Source: Calditrichia bacterium
GTDB taxonomy: Bacteria; Calditrichota; Calditrichia; JAJRVZ01
NCBI GenBank assembly: GCA_963777955.1
Contig: CAVZSQ010000022.1
Location: 192,001-256,000, forward strand
Direction: 5' to 3'
DNA length: 64,000 bases
Every line of letters starts with the position of its first letter. The first letter of the stretch is position 1. Below are positions 21,037 to 33,622 of the stretch, piece by piece. The position numbers and the translations under genes were made by a program. The notes below the pieces were generated by a model that made no database searches, was not told the DNA's origin, and was given only the letters and a program-made list of their open reading frames with translations.

Positions 21037-21567
21037 ATGGACCTGGAAAAACTAAAGTACCCAATCGGGCATTTTAAGTCCCCGGAGCATATTCATCCCG
21101 ACATAGTAAAAAAGTGGATTAAGGAGATAGAAGGATTGCCTGTGCAATTGAATGCTGCAGTGAAAAATTTAAGCAAGCAGCAGTTGGATACCCCTTATCG
21201 TGACGGCGGGTGGACTGTAAGGCAGGTCGTCCATCATATTGCCGATAGCCATATCAACAGTTATATACGCCTGAAACTAGCTCTGACCGAAGAGCACCCT
21301 ACAATAAAACCGTATGATCAGAAACTGTGGGCCGAATTAGCGGACTATTCCTTGTTTCCGGTCAAAGATTCATTGAAATTTATCGAACTGCTGCACAAAC
21401 ACTGGGTAATTCTTTTAAAATCGCTAAATGAAGACCAACTCAATCGTACATTTTTTCATCCGGAATCAGGCATTATTATGATAAAGAAAAACATCGGTCT
21501 GTATGCCTGGCACGGCCGGCATCACCTGGCCCAGATACAAGCTTTAAAGCAAAGGGAAAACTGGTAA
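21037..21567 (+). CDS. YfiT/BstA-like DinB-superfamily thiol transferase
   Basis: LKYPIG, LDTPYRDGGWTVRQVVHHIADSH, PTIKPYD, YAWHGRHHLAQI; GAGGAG SD. Confidence 0.9.
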   Translation: MDLEKLKYPIGHFKSPEHIHPDIVKKWIKEIEGLPVQLNAAVKNLSKQQLDTPYRDGGWTVRQVVHHIADSHINSYIRLKLALTEEHPTIKPYDQKLWAELADYSLFPVKDSLKFIELLHKHWVILLKSLNEDQLNRTFFHPESGIIMIKKNIGLYAWHGRHHLAQIQALKQRENW

Positions 21568-21572
21568 AAATA

Positions 21573-22296
21573 ATGCCGAACCATATTAAGAGTGTCACCC
21601 TGCAGCCGGAAAAATACCCGACTCGTGAGCACTATCCATTCACTTTGCCTGTGTTCCAGCAAACCCGGCAGCTGGTATTCGATACACCGGTGACGTTGTT
21701 CGTCGGCGAGAATGGCACGGGAAAATCCACTTTGCTGGAAGCCATGGCCCGGGCCTGCGGTATACATATCTGGTGCAGTCCGGCCAGCAGTCGTTATCAG
21801 GTCAATCATTTTGAAGATCAACTCCATCAATACCTTTCAGTCGAATGGACCAATGGCCACGTGCCCGGATCCTTTTTCGGTTCGGCGATATTCAAAGATT
21901 TCGCCAACTTCCTGGATAGCTGGGCAGCAACCGATCCCGGACTGTTGAAATACTTCGGGGGTGAATCCCTGGTCAGCAAGTCCCATGGCCAATCGCTGAT
22001 GTCTTTTTTCCGCAGCCGCTATAAGATTGAAGGAATTATATCTGCTTGATGAACCGGAAACAGCCCTTTCTCCGCGGAGTCAACTTGAATTACTTGAGAT
22101 TCTGGGGGAAAACAGCAAGGCCGGACATGCCCAGTTCATTATGGCCACGCATTCTCCTATTTTGCTGGCCTGCCCGGAAGCCAGAATTTATAGTTTTGAT
22201 AATATACCGGTTCGAAAAATAACCTATGAAGAAACCGAACATTACCGGATTTATAAAGATTTTCTGCTCGACCGGGAAAAATATCTGGAAGGATAG
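21573..22296 (+). CDS. Predicted ABC-type/AAA ATPase (frameshift ~22035)
   Basis: GENGTGKSTLLEA Walker A; SHGQS signature; LYLLDEPETALSP Walker B and ATHSPIL in the next frame. Confidence 0.85.
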
Positions 22297-22302
22297 TAAG
22301 CA

Positions 22303-23244
22303 ATGACCCGCAGAGATGCAGTGCTTAATCTGATCAGTAGTAAAAAATCGTCCAACTATATTCCGGCGGCTTTTTTTATGCATTTTGAGTCCGCTTGTCA
22401 TCAGGGTCAGGCCGCTATCGATAAACATCTGGAATTTTTCCGTTATACCGGCATGGATTTTGTCAAGATCCAGTACGAACAGACTCTGCCACCTGCAAAT
22501 CAAATCCGTAAAGCAGAGGACTGGAAAGATGCACCGCTCTTTCCCATAGAATTTTTTGCTGCGCCTGTCGAAGTAGCCCAGGGACTGGTTAAAGCAGCCG
22601 GGAAAGAAGCCCTGGTGATCATGACCCTCTATTCACCCTTTATGTGGGCCAGGCACCTGGCCGGCGACAGAAATCTGGCCGATCATCTGCGGGAAAATCC
22701 TGGGATGGTCAGCAAGGGACTGGAGATCATGACCGAAAATGTACTCTCCCTGGTTCGTGGTTGTAAGCAGGCAGGAGTGGATGGTTTTTATGCTTCCTCC
22801 CAGGGGGGTGAAGCCTTTCGTTTTGCAGGTACAGATATCTTCAGCCAATATATCAAACCCACCGATCTGGCTGTGTGGGAGGAAATACATTCCTGTCCGT
22901 TCAACATCCTGCATATCTGCGATTATCATGGTACCTATGATGACCTCAAACCTTTCCTGGATTATCCCGGCCAGGTGGTCAACTGCAACCTGAAACTGAG
23001 TCAGCGAAGTTTATCAACCTCTGAGATTTCAAAATTATTTGATAGACCTTATATGGGCGGTCTGGACCGGAATGGGGTGATTTCCACCGGAAATGCTGTT
23101 GAAATCCGCAGGACTGTGGAGGATATACTTGAAAGCGCTCCTGAAAAATTCATCCTGGCGGCTGATTGTACAGTGCCCGCTGAAACACCCTGGGAAAACT
23201 TGAAAACCGCCATAGATACGGCTCACACTTATCGTAAAACTTAA
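22303..23244 (+). CDS. Uroporphyrinogen decarboxylase (URO-D/MtaA)-family protein
   Basis: DFVKI, TLYSPF, AGVDG, ILHIC, MGGLD, FILAADCTV. Confidence 0.8.
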   Translation: MTRRDAVLNLISSKKSSNYIPAAFFMHFESACHQGQAAIDKHLEFFRYTGMDFVKIQYEQTLPPANQIRKAEDWKDAPLFPIEFFAAPVEVAQGLVKAAGKEALVIMTLYSPFMWARHLAGDRNLADHLRENPGMVSKGLEIMTENVLSLVRGCKQAGVDGFYASSQGGEAFRFAGTDIFSQYIKPTDLAVWEEIHSCPFNILHICDYHGTYDDLKPFLDYPGQVVNCNLKLSQRSLSTSEISKLFDRPYMGGLDRNGVISTGNAVEIRRTVEDILESAPEKFILAADCTVPAETPWENLKTAIDTAHTYRKT

Positions 23245-23348
23245 ATAATCAGAGGTTCGTATTATAAATTTAAAAGTATCTAAACGTGTAAATAAACACT
23301 TCGGACAGATCAGCAAGACATAGCATGAATGAAGAAAGGATATATAAC

Positions 23349-24903
23349 ATGAAATTCAGGTTGCAATTATTTTGGTTGATAATTCTGATATGGTGTATAA
23401 ATATTTCCGCACTTCCTGGCGCTGATAAGGAGATCAAACCGGTTACGCCCAAGGCTTCGACCGGAAGCTAAGGCGCTGCTGAAATTTTTATATGACATTT
23501 CCGGAAAGTACACCTTAACCGGCCAGCATAATTATCCCAACACCCGGGACCGTAATTCGCAGTTCGCCGCTCAATATATCGGTGAAACGCCGGTGATCTG
23601 GAGTACCGATATGGGATTCGCCAAACCCGGCGATACCGATTCTTATCTGGCCCGGCCGGATATCGTTGCTGAAGCGATACGGCAGCATCAACTGGGTTCC
23701 CTGATTACCATCTGCTGGCATGCGGTACCGCCTACTGCTGATGAACCGATAACCTTTCGTCCCCAATCTGAAAAGGTTGCACCTGAATCTCTGGCCACGG
23801 TACAGGGTCAGTTACTTGACCAGCAATTCCAGGATGTGCTGACTCCGGGTACAGCCCTGTATAAACACTGGTGTGCTCAGGTAGATACTATTGCAGTGTA
23901 CCTGAAGAAACTGCAGCAGGCCAAGGTACCCGTACTCTGGCGGCCTTATCATGAGATGAACGGCGGTTGGTTCTGGTGGGGGGGACGGCATGGCAAGCAT
24001 GGTACCGCTGCACTCTACCGCCAGATATTTGACCGGCTGGTAAAGCATCATAAAATCAACAACCTGATCTGGGTCTGGAGCGTGGACCGGCCCAACAAAG
24101 CGGAGATGAATTTTTCATACTTTTATCCCGGAAACGAATATCTGGATGTCCTGGCCCTGGATGTGTATGGCCGGGATTTTAATCAGGCTTATTATGACAG
24201 CCTGGTGATCCTGTCAAAAGGAAAACCGCTGGTGCTGGGTGAAGTAGGCAATCCGCCGGCAGCGGAGATCCTGGCCAATCAACCGAAGTGGGGTTTCTAT
24301 GTTGTCTGGGCCAGCATGGTTCGCAATACCCTGCATAAGGAATATGAAATACTGACCAACAGTCCGCGCGTTGTTTTCAAGGAGGATCCCGGATACTGGG
24401 AGAATATTGCTCCATATCGCATTGCCTGTAACTTGCCGCCGATGGAGAGCCTGAAACCTGAGGGACGTAAGGTTGATTTTTCGGGAAGCTGGGCTATAAA
24501 TGAGGATAAAAGTGTTTTGGACAATTGGGGAACAGGCAATCTGCCCGGAGCCTTGAAAATTACTCAGCAGGACAATAAACTGATCATTCGAAAAACTTTT
24601 ACAGTGGAATATGCTGAGGACAGAGTCGAAGATGAAGAATTAACTCTGGATGGGCAGGAGAATAAATCGGAGATGTGGAATGCCCCATTAATTAAAACGG
24701 CCAGATTGTCAGCACTGCAGGATACCTTATTCATTGCCTCGAAAGCCACGTTCAACCGGGGCGGACGGACGATGGAAATGACCAGCAACGAAAACTGGTA
24801 CTTGCAGGAGCGGGGAAAAGTGCTGATGATCAAACAATCTTCGTCATCGTTCTGGGGCAAGCGAAATATTACGATAGTTTATGATAAACAAAGGTGTGAT
24901 TAA
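23349..24903 (+). CDS. GH26 beta-mannanase-like glycoside hydrolase with extra C-terminal beta domain (frameshift ~23460)
   Basis: Signal peptide MKFRLQLFW...; TGQHN; WRPYHEMNGGWFWWG, YPGNEYLDVLALDVY and LGEVG catalytic motifs. Confidence 0.88.
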
Positions 24904-24964
24904 TAAATACGATGGATTGAATCAATAATCGGGAATTCTATGATAATCATTAAATGAGGTGTTT

Positions 24965-25465
24965 ATGTACAGGAAAATTGCAGACTTTGTTGCCGATTGG
25001 AAAGTGGAAGAAGCGGCTACTTTGAAGGTATTTTCCAAAATAAGCGATGAAAAAATGTCTGTTAAAGTTGCGGACAAGATCAGGACTCTGGGCCAGATGG
25101 CCTGGCATATAACGCAAACCCTGACGGAGATGCCGTCTAAAGCCGGGATAGTCAAGGAAGATTCCCTGGAGCATGAATCCCTGCCGGCAACTTTTAACGA
25201 TATCACCGGCAAATATAAAAAGTACAGCAAGAAATTAGTCGAATCACTGAAGAAGAACTGGAAGGACCCCGATTTACCCAAGGTAATTGAACTTTATGGT
25301 GAAAAATGGGAAAAGGGTAAGGTACTGTCGGTGTTGATCAATCACCAGATTCACCATCGAGCCCAGATGATTGCAGTAATGCGATGCAAAATATAGAAGG
25401 TGCCGGGAATCTACGGACCGGCCAGGGAAGACTGGGCCAAATTCGGCATGCCCGCACCGGAATAA
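24965..25465 (+). CDS. DinB family protein (frameshift ~25390)
   Basis: RTLGQMAWHI, HQIHHRAQ; C-terminal VPGIYGPAREDW in a shifted frame, ending TAA at 25463-25465. Confidence 0.82.
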
Positions 25466-25559
25466 AATAAGTATAGGATTTACCCGTCTTTTATATTATT
25501 TTTTATACAGTATTATTTTTTTCGTTCTGATCAAGACGTAATAAATTTTAGCGAAATCA

Positions 25560-28527
25560 ATGCCTGAGATGCTCGGAAAAACAATTTCCCATTATCATAT
25601 CCTCGAGAAACTTGGCGCAGGGGGCATGGGTATTGTCTATAAAGCAGAGGATACCCGGCTCAAGCGAGTGGTTGGTATTAAATTCCTGCCGTCAGAGTTA
25701 ACCCGCGATGAAATAGCTAAAGAACGATTTATTCAGGAAGCACAGGCGGCATCCGCCATCGATCATACCAACATCTGCACCATCCATGAAATCAACGAAA
25801 CCGAAGATGGTCAGACCTTTATTGTCATGGCCTGTTACAGCGGCAAAACGCTGAAGGAGAAAATTGAGCATGATCATATAACGCTGGATGAAGCAATAGA
25901 TATTGCCATCCAGGTTGCCCAGGGTTTAGCCAGAGCGCATCAACAGGGTATCATTCATCGTGACATCAAACCGGCAAATATATTTGTGACTGATGATGGA
26001 GTGGTAAAAATATCTGGATTTTGGCCTGGCTAAACTTGCCGGTAAGACCAGGCTGACCAGGACGGGTAGTACGCCCGGAACAGTGGTTTATATGTCGCCG
26101 GAACAGGCCTCGGGTGAGCCCGTTGATCAGCGCAGCGATATCTGGTCCTTGGGAGTTGTCCTGTATGAAATGATCACCGGTACTCTCCCCTTCAGAGGTG
26201 AACATGAACAGGCAGTGATCTATTCCATTTTAAATAAGGACCCTGTTTTCCCCCAAGAAATTAAAAGTACTATTCCAATGGATTTAGAAAAAATCATTGA
26301 TAAGGCATTACAAAAAGAAGTTCCAAAGCGATATCAACGCATCGACCAGCTGGGAAATGATCTAAAAAATGTAACACAAAACCAGGAAAATCATGTTTCC
26401 CAGAAGAAAGCATCTTTATTTCCCGTACGAAAAATAAAAAAACATTCCGTACTTATTAGCATCTTACTGCTGCTTCTTATTTCCTTCTTTATCTTTAAGC
26501 CATTAGTTTTAAAAAAGAAACAGATTGAAACACCGGTATCTGTTGCCGTCATTTCTTTTGAAAATCAAACCGGAAACAATGCCTACGACTACCTGCAGGA
26601 CGCTATACCGAATCTGTTGATCACCGATCTGGAACAGTCACCTTCTCTGCAGGTAACGAGTTGGGAACGGCTTTATGATCTGCTGAAACAGGCCGGTAAA
26701 AAAGATAAAAATGTTATCGATAAGGATACCGGTTTTGAATTATGTTCTATTGATGGAATAAACGTTATCATAGTGGGAAGTTTTATCAAAGCCGGAGATA
26801 CCTTTGTAACGGATGTCAAAGTTTTGGATGTAAAATCCAAAAATCTTCTAAAAAGCCTTCGTTCTCAGGGAACCGGTGTTGAGAGTATTCTGAAACATCA
26901 GATTGACGAGTTAAGCCACGAAATATCAGGCGGAGTTATACTTCCTGAAAAACAGGTTGAACAGGATTATGCGAAAATAACGGATGTGACTACCTCTTCT
27001 CTGGATGCCTATCATTATTTTATACGCGGCAGGGATGAATCTTTTCGAGCGACCGGTCAGGAAGAGAAATATTTTAAAAAAGCCATCGCGCTGGACAGCA
27101 CATTTTCCATGGCTTATCTGTGGCTGGGACGGACCTATGCGGCCAATGCTGATGAGAAGAACAGATTGTTCATGAAGGCCAGGCAGTTCTCGCGTCGGGC
27201 CACTAAAAAAGAACAACTTTATATTGACGCTGAATTGGAAACGAATGATGAAAAAAGGGTGCAATTATACCGGCAGATCATAAACCAATACCCCAAGGAA
27301 AAGTATGCGCACTATTTATTAAGCGAGTATTATGCATTCCATGAGAATTTCAATGCTGCCATTGATGAAAGTTTGCGAGCCCTGGCGTTTGGACCCCTTT
27401 TTCCCGCCGGCCACTAAAACATTATGTTACCTTTATGCCGAAACCGGGGATCAGCAAAATGCGGATGAATATTTACAAGCGATTTTCAGCCATTTGTCCT
27501 GGTGACGTCTGGCCTATGACAACTGTGGCCAACATCTATTATATGGACGGTAAGTTGGATCAGGCGATTGATAAATATAAAGAAGCCCTTGAGATCAATC
27601 CGAATTATGGTTCGGAATATGATATCGCGTTTTGTTTCGCACTCAAGTTGGATTTTGACCAGTCCAAAGAATGGATAAACAAGTATATCGAACATGAATC
27701 TTCAGAATACATGAGACCCGGAGGACGCGCTTACCGCGGATATTTACATGTGTTTACCGGACAGTATCGGGACGCGCTTATTGATTACAGTTTTGCCCAT
27801 GACAAGTTTAAAGAATATCACAATGCAATTTTTATGTCACTGATCGATGTGGGGATAGGTATTGTATTCGGTGAAAAAAAAGATTACATCAACAGCAGAT
27901 ACTATTTGAAAAATTATCAAAGGATTTTAGCAGCGGAAAATATCCCGTCATCGGCAACTTTTGCCAATTTTACCTGTGAGCCATTATTGGGATTGCTCGA
28001 TATCAGAGCAGGGGCAGATCGATTCCGCCCTGGTGAGATTACGGAACAAAGATAAAATATTGGCCGATACGCATCTCACCATCAAAGAAGTAGTCAATCT
28101 GCAGTATCAGCTGTTGAATGCAGAAATATTGCTGGCACAGGATTCAACAGATGCCGCCATTATTATCGGTGAGAGCATAAAAGAGTTAGCGCCGCCCCGT
28201 TATTATTTCAATCCCGATAGGTTGACATTTTACAATCTGCCATTGGACAAAGATATTTTAGCCCGCGCTTATATAAAAAAAGGAAACATCAATAAAGCCA
28301 TTGCCGAGTATGAACGGCTGATTCATTTTAATCCGGACAGCAAAGATCGCCGCTTACCGTATCCGAAGTATCATTACTATGTAGCCAGGCTGTATCAGCA
28401 ACAGGGTCAGAAAAACCGGGCTATAGAACATTTAAAGAGATTTCTTGAAATCTGGAAAAATGCCGATGAAGATATACCGGAATTAATCGATGCACAGAAA
28501 AGATATACAGAATTGATTGACAATTAA
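25560..28527 (+). CDS. Hanks-type Ser/Thr protein kinase with TM helix, TolB-like and TPR periplasmic region (several frameshifts)
   Basis: LGAGGMGIVYKA, HRDIKPANI, DFGLA (shifted frame ~26015), YMSPEQ, DIWSLGV; TM ILLLLLISFFIF; SVAVISFEN; TPRs ending WKNADEDIPEL. Split into four ORFs in the track. Confidence 0.85.
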
Positions 28528-28605
28528 ATGTAAATAATTGGAGAATTCAGGAGTGCACCGTATATACTTGCCAGTATTTAAGGCAATACTGGGGAATTGA
28601 ATCCC

Positions 28606-30130
28606 ATGAGTGAAAATTTGGTTGACAAATTAAATTCTTTGATCGACTGGCTTCCGTCTTAGGACAGCAAAGCGATTTTCAGGAAGTTCTGCGGCTGGTA
28701 ACCCGGAAAGCTAGTACTATCGTGAAATCCGACATCGCTTTAATCATGATGCTGAATCCGCAAACCCGCCAGACGGTCAAAACAATATGTGCCAGTGGTA
28801 ATGAACCCAGTGAACGAAAATATCATTTGGTGCACACCAATATCAGCGGATGGGTACTGGAAAACAACAATTCTTTCCTTACTGCCGATCTTAAAAGCGA
28901 TCAACGCTTCCGCAAAAATCTTTTCAAGGATCTGGCAATTAAATCTGCCCTGTGTATTCCTTTACGCATTGAAGGGACTATCATCGGAACATTATTGCTG
29001 TTAAACAAAACCCGGGATGATGCTTTTACGCAGGAAGATCTGTCTATTTTAGAAAAATTAGCTGCTGTATCATCCCCCTTTCTGCGTGATATACAGAAAA
29101 TCCAGCAATTTTTTACTGCTGCTTTGCCAAAACAGGCATTGTTAAAAAAATATGAAGGATTTGGACTGCTGGGGACGAGTAAAAAGTTTATCGAATTGTT
29201 ACAGGCTATTGAGTCGGCTGCGCGCAGCCAGGTCAGGATTTTGCTGGAAGGGGAAAGCGGTACGGGTAAAGAACTTATTGCCAGATCGATCCACCAGCTC
29301 AGTGCCCGCAGCCTGAATAAATTCCTGGCTATTGATTGCGGGGCTATTCCGGCGAATTTGATTGAAAGTGAATTATTCGGACATGTGCAGGGCGCTTTTA
29401 CGGGCGCAAGCAAAGATCGTCAGGGATTATTTGCAGAGGCACATGGCGGTACATTGTTTATGGATGAGATCACTAATCTACCTTTGGAACTACAGTCTAA
29501 ACTACTGCGCGTACTGCAGGAAGGTGAAATTCGTCCCCTGGGCAGTAACCAGCAGCGCAAGGTGGATGTACGCATTATTACAGCTTCCAGTATTGCTTTA
29601 CGCCAACTGGTGGATCAGCAAAAATTCCGGGAAGACCTGTTTTACCGCTTGAATGTTTATCCGATTGCTGTGCCTTCGCTAGGCGAACGGCGGGAAGATA
29701 TACCTTTATTGGCGAATCACTTCCTGAAAAGTTTTCTCAGGAGCAGAATAAACTGCTTGATTCCTTCCAGGGGGAATTTCTGGATTTTCTCAAACAGCGC
29801 AACTGGCCGGGAAACATCCGCGAGTTAGCCAATTTTATTGAGCGCCTGATTACACTGGCACCTGCTGATTTGAAAATTCTGGAGATGAATATTTTACCTG
29901 CAGAATTTCAAAAAGAACGGCAAAAACTGAAAAGAGTTCATGAAACTGAAGTAGTAAATCGATCATTAACTGAAAATCTGGCTGACTATGAAGAAAAATT
30001 AATACGACAGGCGCTGCTAGAGCATAATTGGAATCAATCAAAAGCGGCCCGGGTTCTGAATATTTCTGAACAAACCATCCGCTACAAGATGAAGAAATTA
30101 GGGATTATCACACCAGATCGAGTGAATTAG
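28606..30130 (+). CDS. Sigma-54-dependent enhancer-binding activator (GAF-AAA+-Fis HTH; frameshifts ~28650 and ~29730)
   Basis: GAF (SALCIPL..IGTLLL), GESGTGKE, ESELFGHVQGAFTGA, LFMDEI, FREDLFYRLNV, WPGNIREL, NQSKAARVLNI. Confidence 0.9.
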
Positions 30131-30202
30131 ATGATTCTTTGTTGAAAGAGTAGGAGTCAATTTCTTCTCATCTTGCCTTAAAAATAATAAAAGGCGAATC
30201 TT

Positions 30203-31177
30203 ATGAAAAATATAATATCCTTGATATTAGTGCTGGCCACTTCGATCATTGTACTGGCAAAAGAGAAACAGAAAATTATCTTCGATTGTGATTTCGCAGG
30301 AGATATTGACGATGCCTTTGCTGTTGCACTTATTTTAAGCAGCCCTGAGTTTGAAATTCTTGGATTAATCATGGACCATGGCAATACACCATTACGTGCC
30401 CGCACAGCCTGTAAATTTCTCTATGAAGTTGGCAGAGATGATATTCCTGTAATTGTCGGTAAACCGACTCCAGCCATAGTCGGTATTGATAAGGAAATTG
30501 CCGGTCATTCGTACCAATTTTATTGGTCAGAAGGTTTTAATAAATTGGAATCCAGCAAGGTTAATGCGGCAGATTTTATCATCGAAAATTTAAAAAAGTA
30601 TCCAAATGAAGTCATTCTGTTTTCAGTCGGACCCGTATGTAATATCAAAGAAGTATTGCAAAAAGATAAAAGTGCACTCAAACTTGCCAGGAAAGTTGTA
30701 TCCATGTTTGGTTCATTTTATATGGGTTATAATGCAGGTCCGGTTCCTGATGCCGAATGGAATGTCCGTGCTGATGTGGAGGCATCAAAAATGCTTGTGT
30801 CGGCAGGGGCAGATATTCTTTATGTCGGCCTGGATGTATCCACGTTTGTAAAATTAGATGAAATGAACCTCAACAGACTGCTGTTCCGTCAATCCCCCCT
30901 GACAAATTCAATGTGTGGACTTTATTCGCTTTGGAGATACGAAAGCTATTCCCAGCCCGAAGCGAATCTTTTTGACGTGGTTGCGGTCGGTGCGGTTCTC
31001 TGGCCTGAATTATTTTCCGGCAAGAAAACGAATGTCCGTGTGAATGAAAAGGGGTATACTCTTGTCGATGACCTAATTGAACCCAATGGAGAAATACTGC
31101 TTACTATCAACAAGGATGAATTTATTAAGAGAATAATGGAACGATACCTGACCCAAAATTTACATAAATCTCACTAA
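30203..31177 (+). CDS. Inosine/uridine-preferring nucleoside hydrolase family protein, exported
   Basis: Signal peptide; IIFDCDFAGDIDDAFA, VGP..N, AEWNVRAD, LDV, LFDVVAV. Confidence 0.88.
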   Translation: MKNIISLILVLATSIIVLAKEKQKIIFDCDFAGDIDDAFAVALILSSPEFEILGLIMDHGNTPLRARTACKFLYEVGRDDIPVIVGKPTPAIVGIDKEIAGHSYQFYWSEGFNKLESSKVNAADFIIENLKKYPNEVILFSVGPVCNIKEVLQKDKSALKLARKVVSMFGSFYMGYNAGPVPDAEWNVRADVEASKMLVSAGADILYVGLDVSTFVKLDEMNLNRLLFRQSPLTNSMCGLYSLWRYESYSQPEANLFDVVAVGAVLWPELFSGKKTNVRVNEKGYTLVDDLIEPNGEILLTINKDEFIKRIMERYLTQNLHKSH

Positions 31178-31189
31178 ATAGCCTCTCAT

Positions 31190-31252
31190 AATTAGCGAAT
31201 ATAATCCCAGCAATAATAAGTAGTTAACTACTCGCTAAAATTAACGAATATA
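31190..31252. promoter_or_regulatory. Candidate upstream activator sequence: direct repeats flanking a palindrome
   Basis: AATTAGCGAATATA (31190-31203) and AATTAACGAATATA (31239-31252) flank the perfect palindrome AGTAGTTAACTACT (31219-31232), 100-160 bp upstream of a -24/-12 element. Confidence 0.45.
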
Positions 31253-31347
31253 TTTGGCTCATTTTCATTTTTCTGCTATTATCTACACATATAGTTAATG
31301 TCTTATTTTTAATCGACTTAAAACTTTGGTAAATCCTCCAGAATTTG

Positions 31348-31363
31348 TGGCACGCAAATTGAG
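31348..31363 (+). promoter_or_regulatory. Sigma-54 (-24/-12) promoter
   Basis: TGGCAC-GCAAA-TTGAG versus consensus TGGCAC-N5-TTGCW, about 80 nt before ATG 31443; an enhancer-binding protein gene lies nearby. Confidence 0.65.
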
Positions 31364-31442
31364 TAAATACTGTAATTATCAAAGGTATAATTTCTATAAT
31401 AAAAGATATACTCAAAAATTTGACTAATGGGAGGTATTTACA

Positions 31443-33608
31443 ATGAAAAAGTTGATTACTATGACCTGTTTTTATTTCTCCATTCATCTTTTCTTAATTC
31501 TATTAAACTTGGAAATCGTTCAGGCCCAAACTGAAATTCCGGCCGGAAATGTCAGCGGAGCCTGGATCCTGGCTAACTCTCCTTATAATATCAACGGCGA
31601 GATCACCATTCCCGATGGTGAAACGCTGACTATTGAGCCGGGCGTGGATGTCATATTTACCGGCCATCACAAATTAAATGTTCAGGGCAGGTTACTGGCC
31701 ATTGGTACTATCAATGATTCAATCACCTTCACAGCTCAAAATCCCGATACCGGTTGGCATGGAATAAAATTGATAAATATTTCTACTTCGAATGACAGTA
31801 CGATTTTTGAATATTGTACATTTCAATATGGCAAAGCAAATTCCGGCGAGGGAATGGAAAATAGAGCCGGAGGAGCAATCTATGCTATGGTAAATAAGCT
31901 TAGAATCTCACATTGTCTGTTCCAGAATAATCTGGCTTATCATCAGGATGAAAATCAGACAGGTGGCGGCGCAATTGCCCTGGGAGGAGCCTCTATAATT
32001 GAATATTGTGAATTTAAAGCGAATACAAGTGCATTTGCTGCAGCATTATGCATTTGGTATTCATCAACAGCTCAAATACGCAATAATCACTTCCATAATA
32101 ATAACGGACACGGGACTATAAACATTGGAGACGGATCCGCTCCACTACTTCTGAATAATTTAATAGATAATAACTATTCTACTATACATGGGCATATACA
32201 TTTTAGTAATAGTTGTGGAAGGGCGGCACTGCTTAATAATACGATTGTTAACAATAGCTGTGCCGCAGGGGGCGCCATATATGTAAATGATGCTTCTGCG
32301 CCCCTGTTTATCAATAACATCATTTATGGTAATGATCCTGCACAAGTCTATCTTGAAAATATTACAGGGCTTGACTTTATTAATTGCCTGATTGAAGGCG
32401 GCCGGGAAGGATTTACCGAAGCAATTGCCGGAAATTTCACCGGCACTTATCAGAATTGTATTGATGCAGATCCGATATTCGGAAGCTCAAATGATTTTCA
32501 TTTACAGAATAGTTCTCCGTGTATTGGTACAGGGGCATCTTCATATTCCGTTTACAATGCCCCAAATTTTGATTTTGAAGGGAATCCACGACCTGCAACA
32601 GCCGATCCCCTGGTAGATATTGGCGCCTATGAATCTGACTTTGACGCTCCGGCTTTCCCCTTAGCCTTTACCCTGAACCCTAATTTTATATTCCTCGGTT
32701 CCGGAACTATTCATTTTACCTCTGAAATTTTTAATTATCATAATCAGGATATTCAGGTATTCAGCAAGATTTATAGCAGTAACGGCAGCAGCCAGGATTC
32801 GGTTGAACTATTTGACGATGGCCAGCATGGAGATGGTTCCAGCCTGGGATGGATTATATGCGGCAGGTTATCAGAGCGGTGTCGAAGACATTTTCGTTCC
32901 CAGTCTGATAGTTTATAATAATAGTATCAGATTTAACTACGGTAGCAATCAAAAATTCACTACGATTGGTCCTTTGGTTTATAAAGGTTACACCATAACG
33001 ACTCCTGGGGACAAGACTATTGATCCGGGCGAAACCCATCGCATCAAATTAGAATTGCAAAATTTAAGTCAAAATGTAACGACCGCAAATATCACTGCCC
33101 GGATGACATGCCTTAGACACCTTTGCTACGTAATAAGCAATAATTTTGAATTTGGTAATATCACTGCCGGTCTGAGTAAACTTAGCACTTTATCCCGGCA
33201 GATAAAATTCTCACAGAATTTTCCGGGACCCATTGATACAGTCCGTTTTGCATTGAGATCAGCAGTGATGGTTATATCTTCTGGCGGGATTCAACATTCA
33301 AGTTGTTGTGGAGGTATAGAGTCTGAGCAATCGATTATTCCCCTAAACTTACTGGCTGGAGCCAAAATTATCCCAATCCCTTTAATCCGACCACGACGAT
33401 CAGTTTTTGTATTCCTTTTCAGGAACAGGTACAACTACATGTTTTTGATTGCCTGGGCAGGAAGGTCAGTACTTTAGTCGATGCGGAATTACCAGCCGGG
33501 CAGCATCAGGTTATCTTCGATGCTGCCGGATTAGCCAGTGGAGTATATTTTTACAAATTACAGACAACTTATTTTGATCAATATAAGAAATGTTTAATTG
33601 TAAAATAA
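31443..33608 (+). CDS. Secreted parallel beta-helix repeat protein with T9SS CTD (multiple frameshifts)
   Basis: Signal peptide; SPYNINGEITIP..LTIEPGV, GGAIY repeats, DFHLQNSSPCIGTG, DIGAYE, LFDDGQHGD; the CTD NYPNPFNP...KKCLIVK ends at 33608. Confidence 0.75.
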
Positions 33609-33622
33609 GGATGGAGGTTTAA

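Noticed and set aside
21573..22296. ATPase as part of an anti-phage defence system
   Set aside because: No adjacent nuclease, TOPRIM or other effector gene; the neighbours are metabolic.
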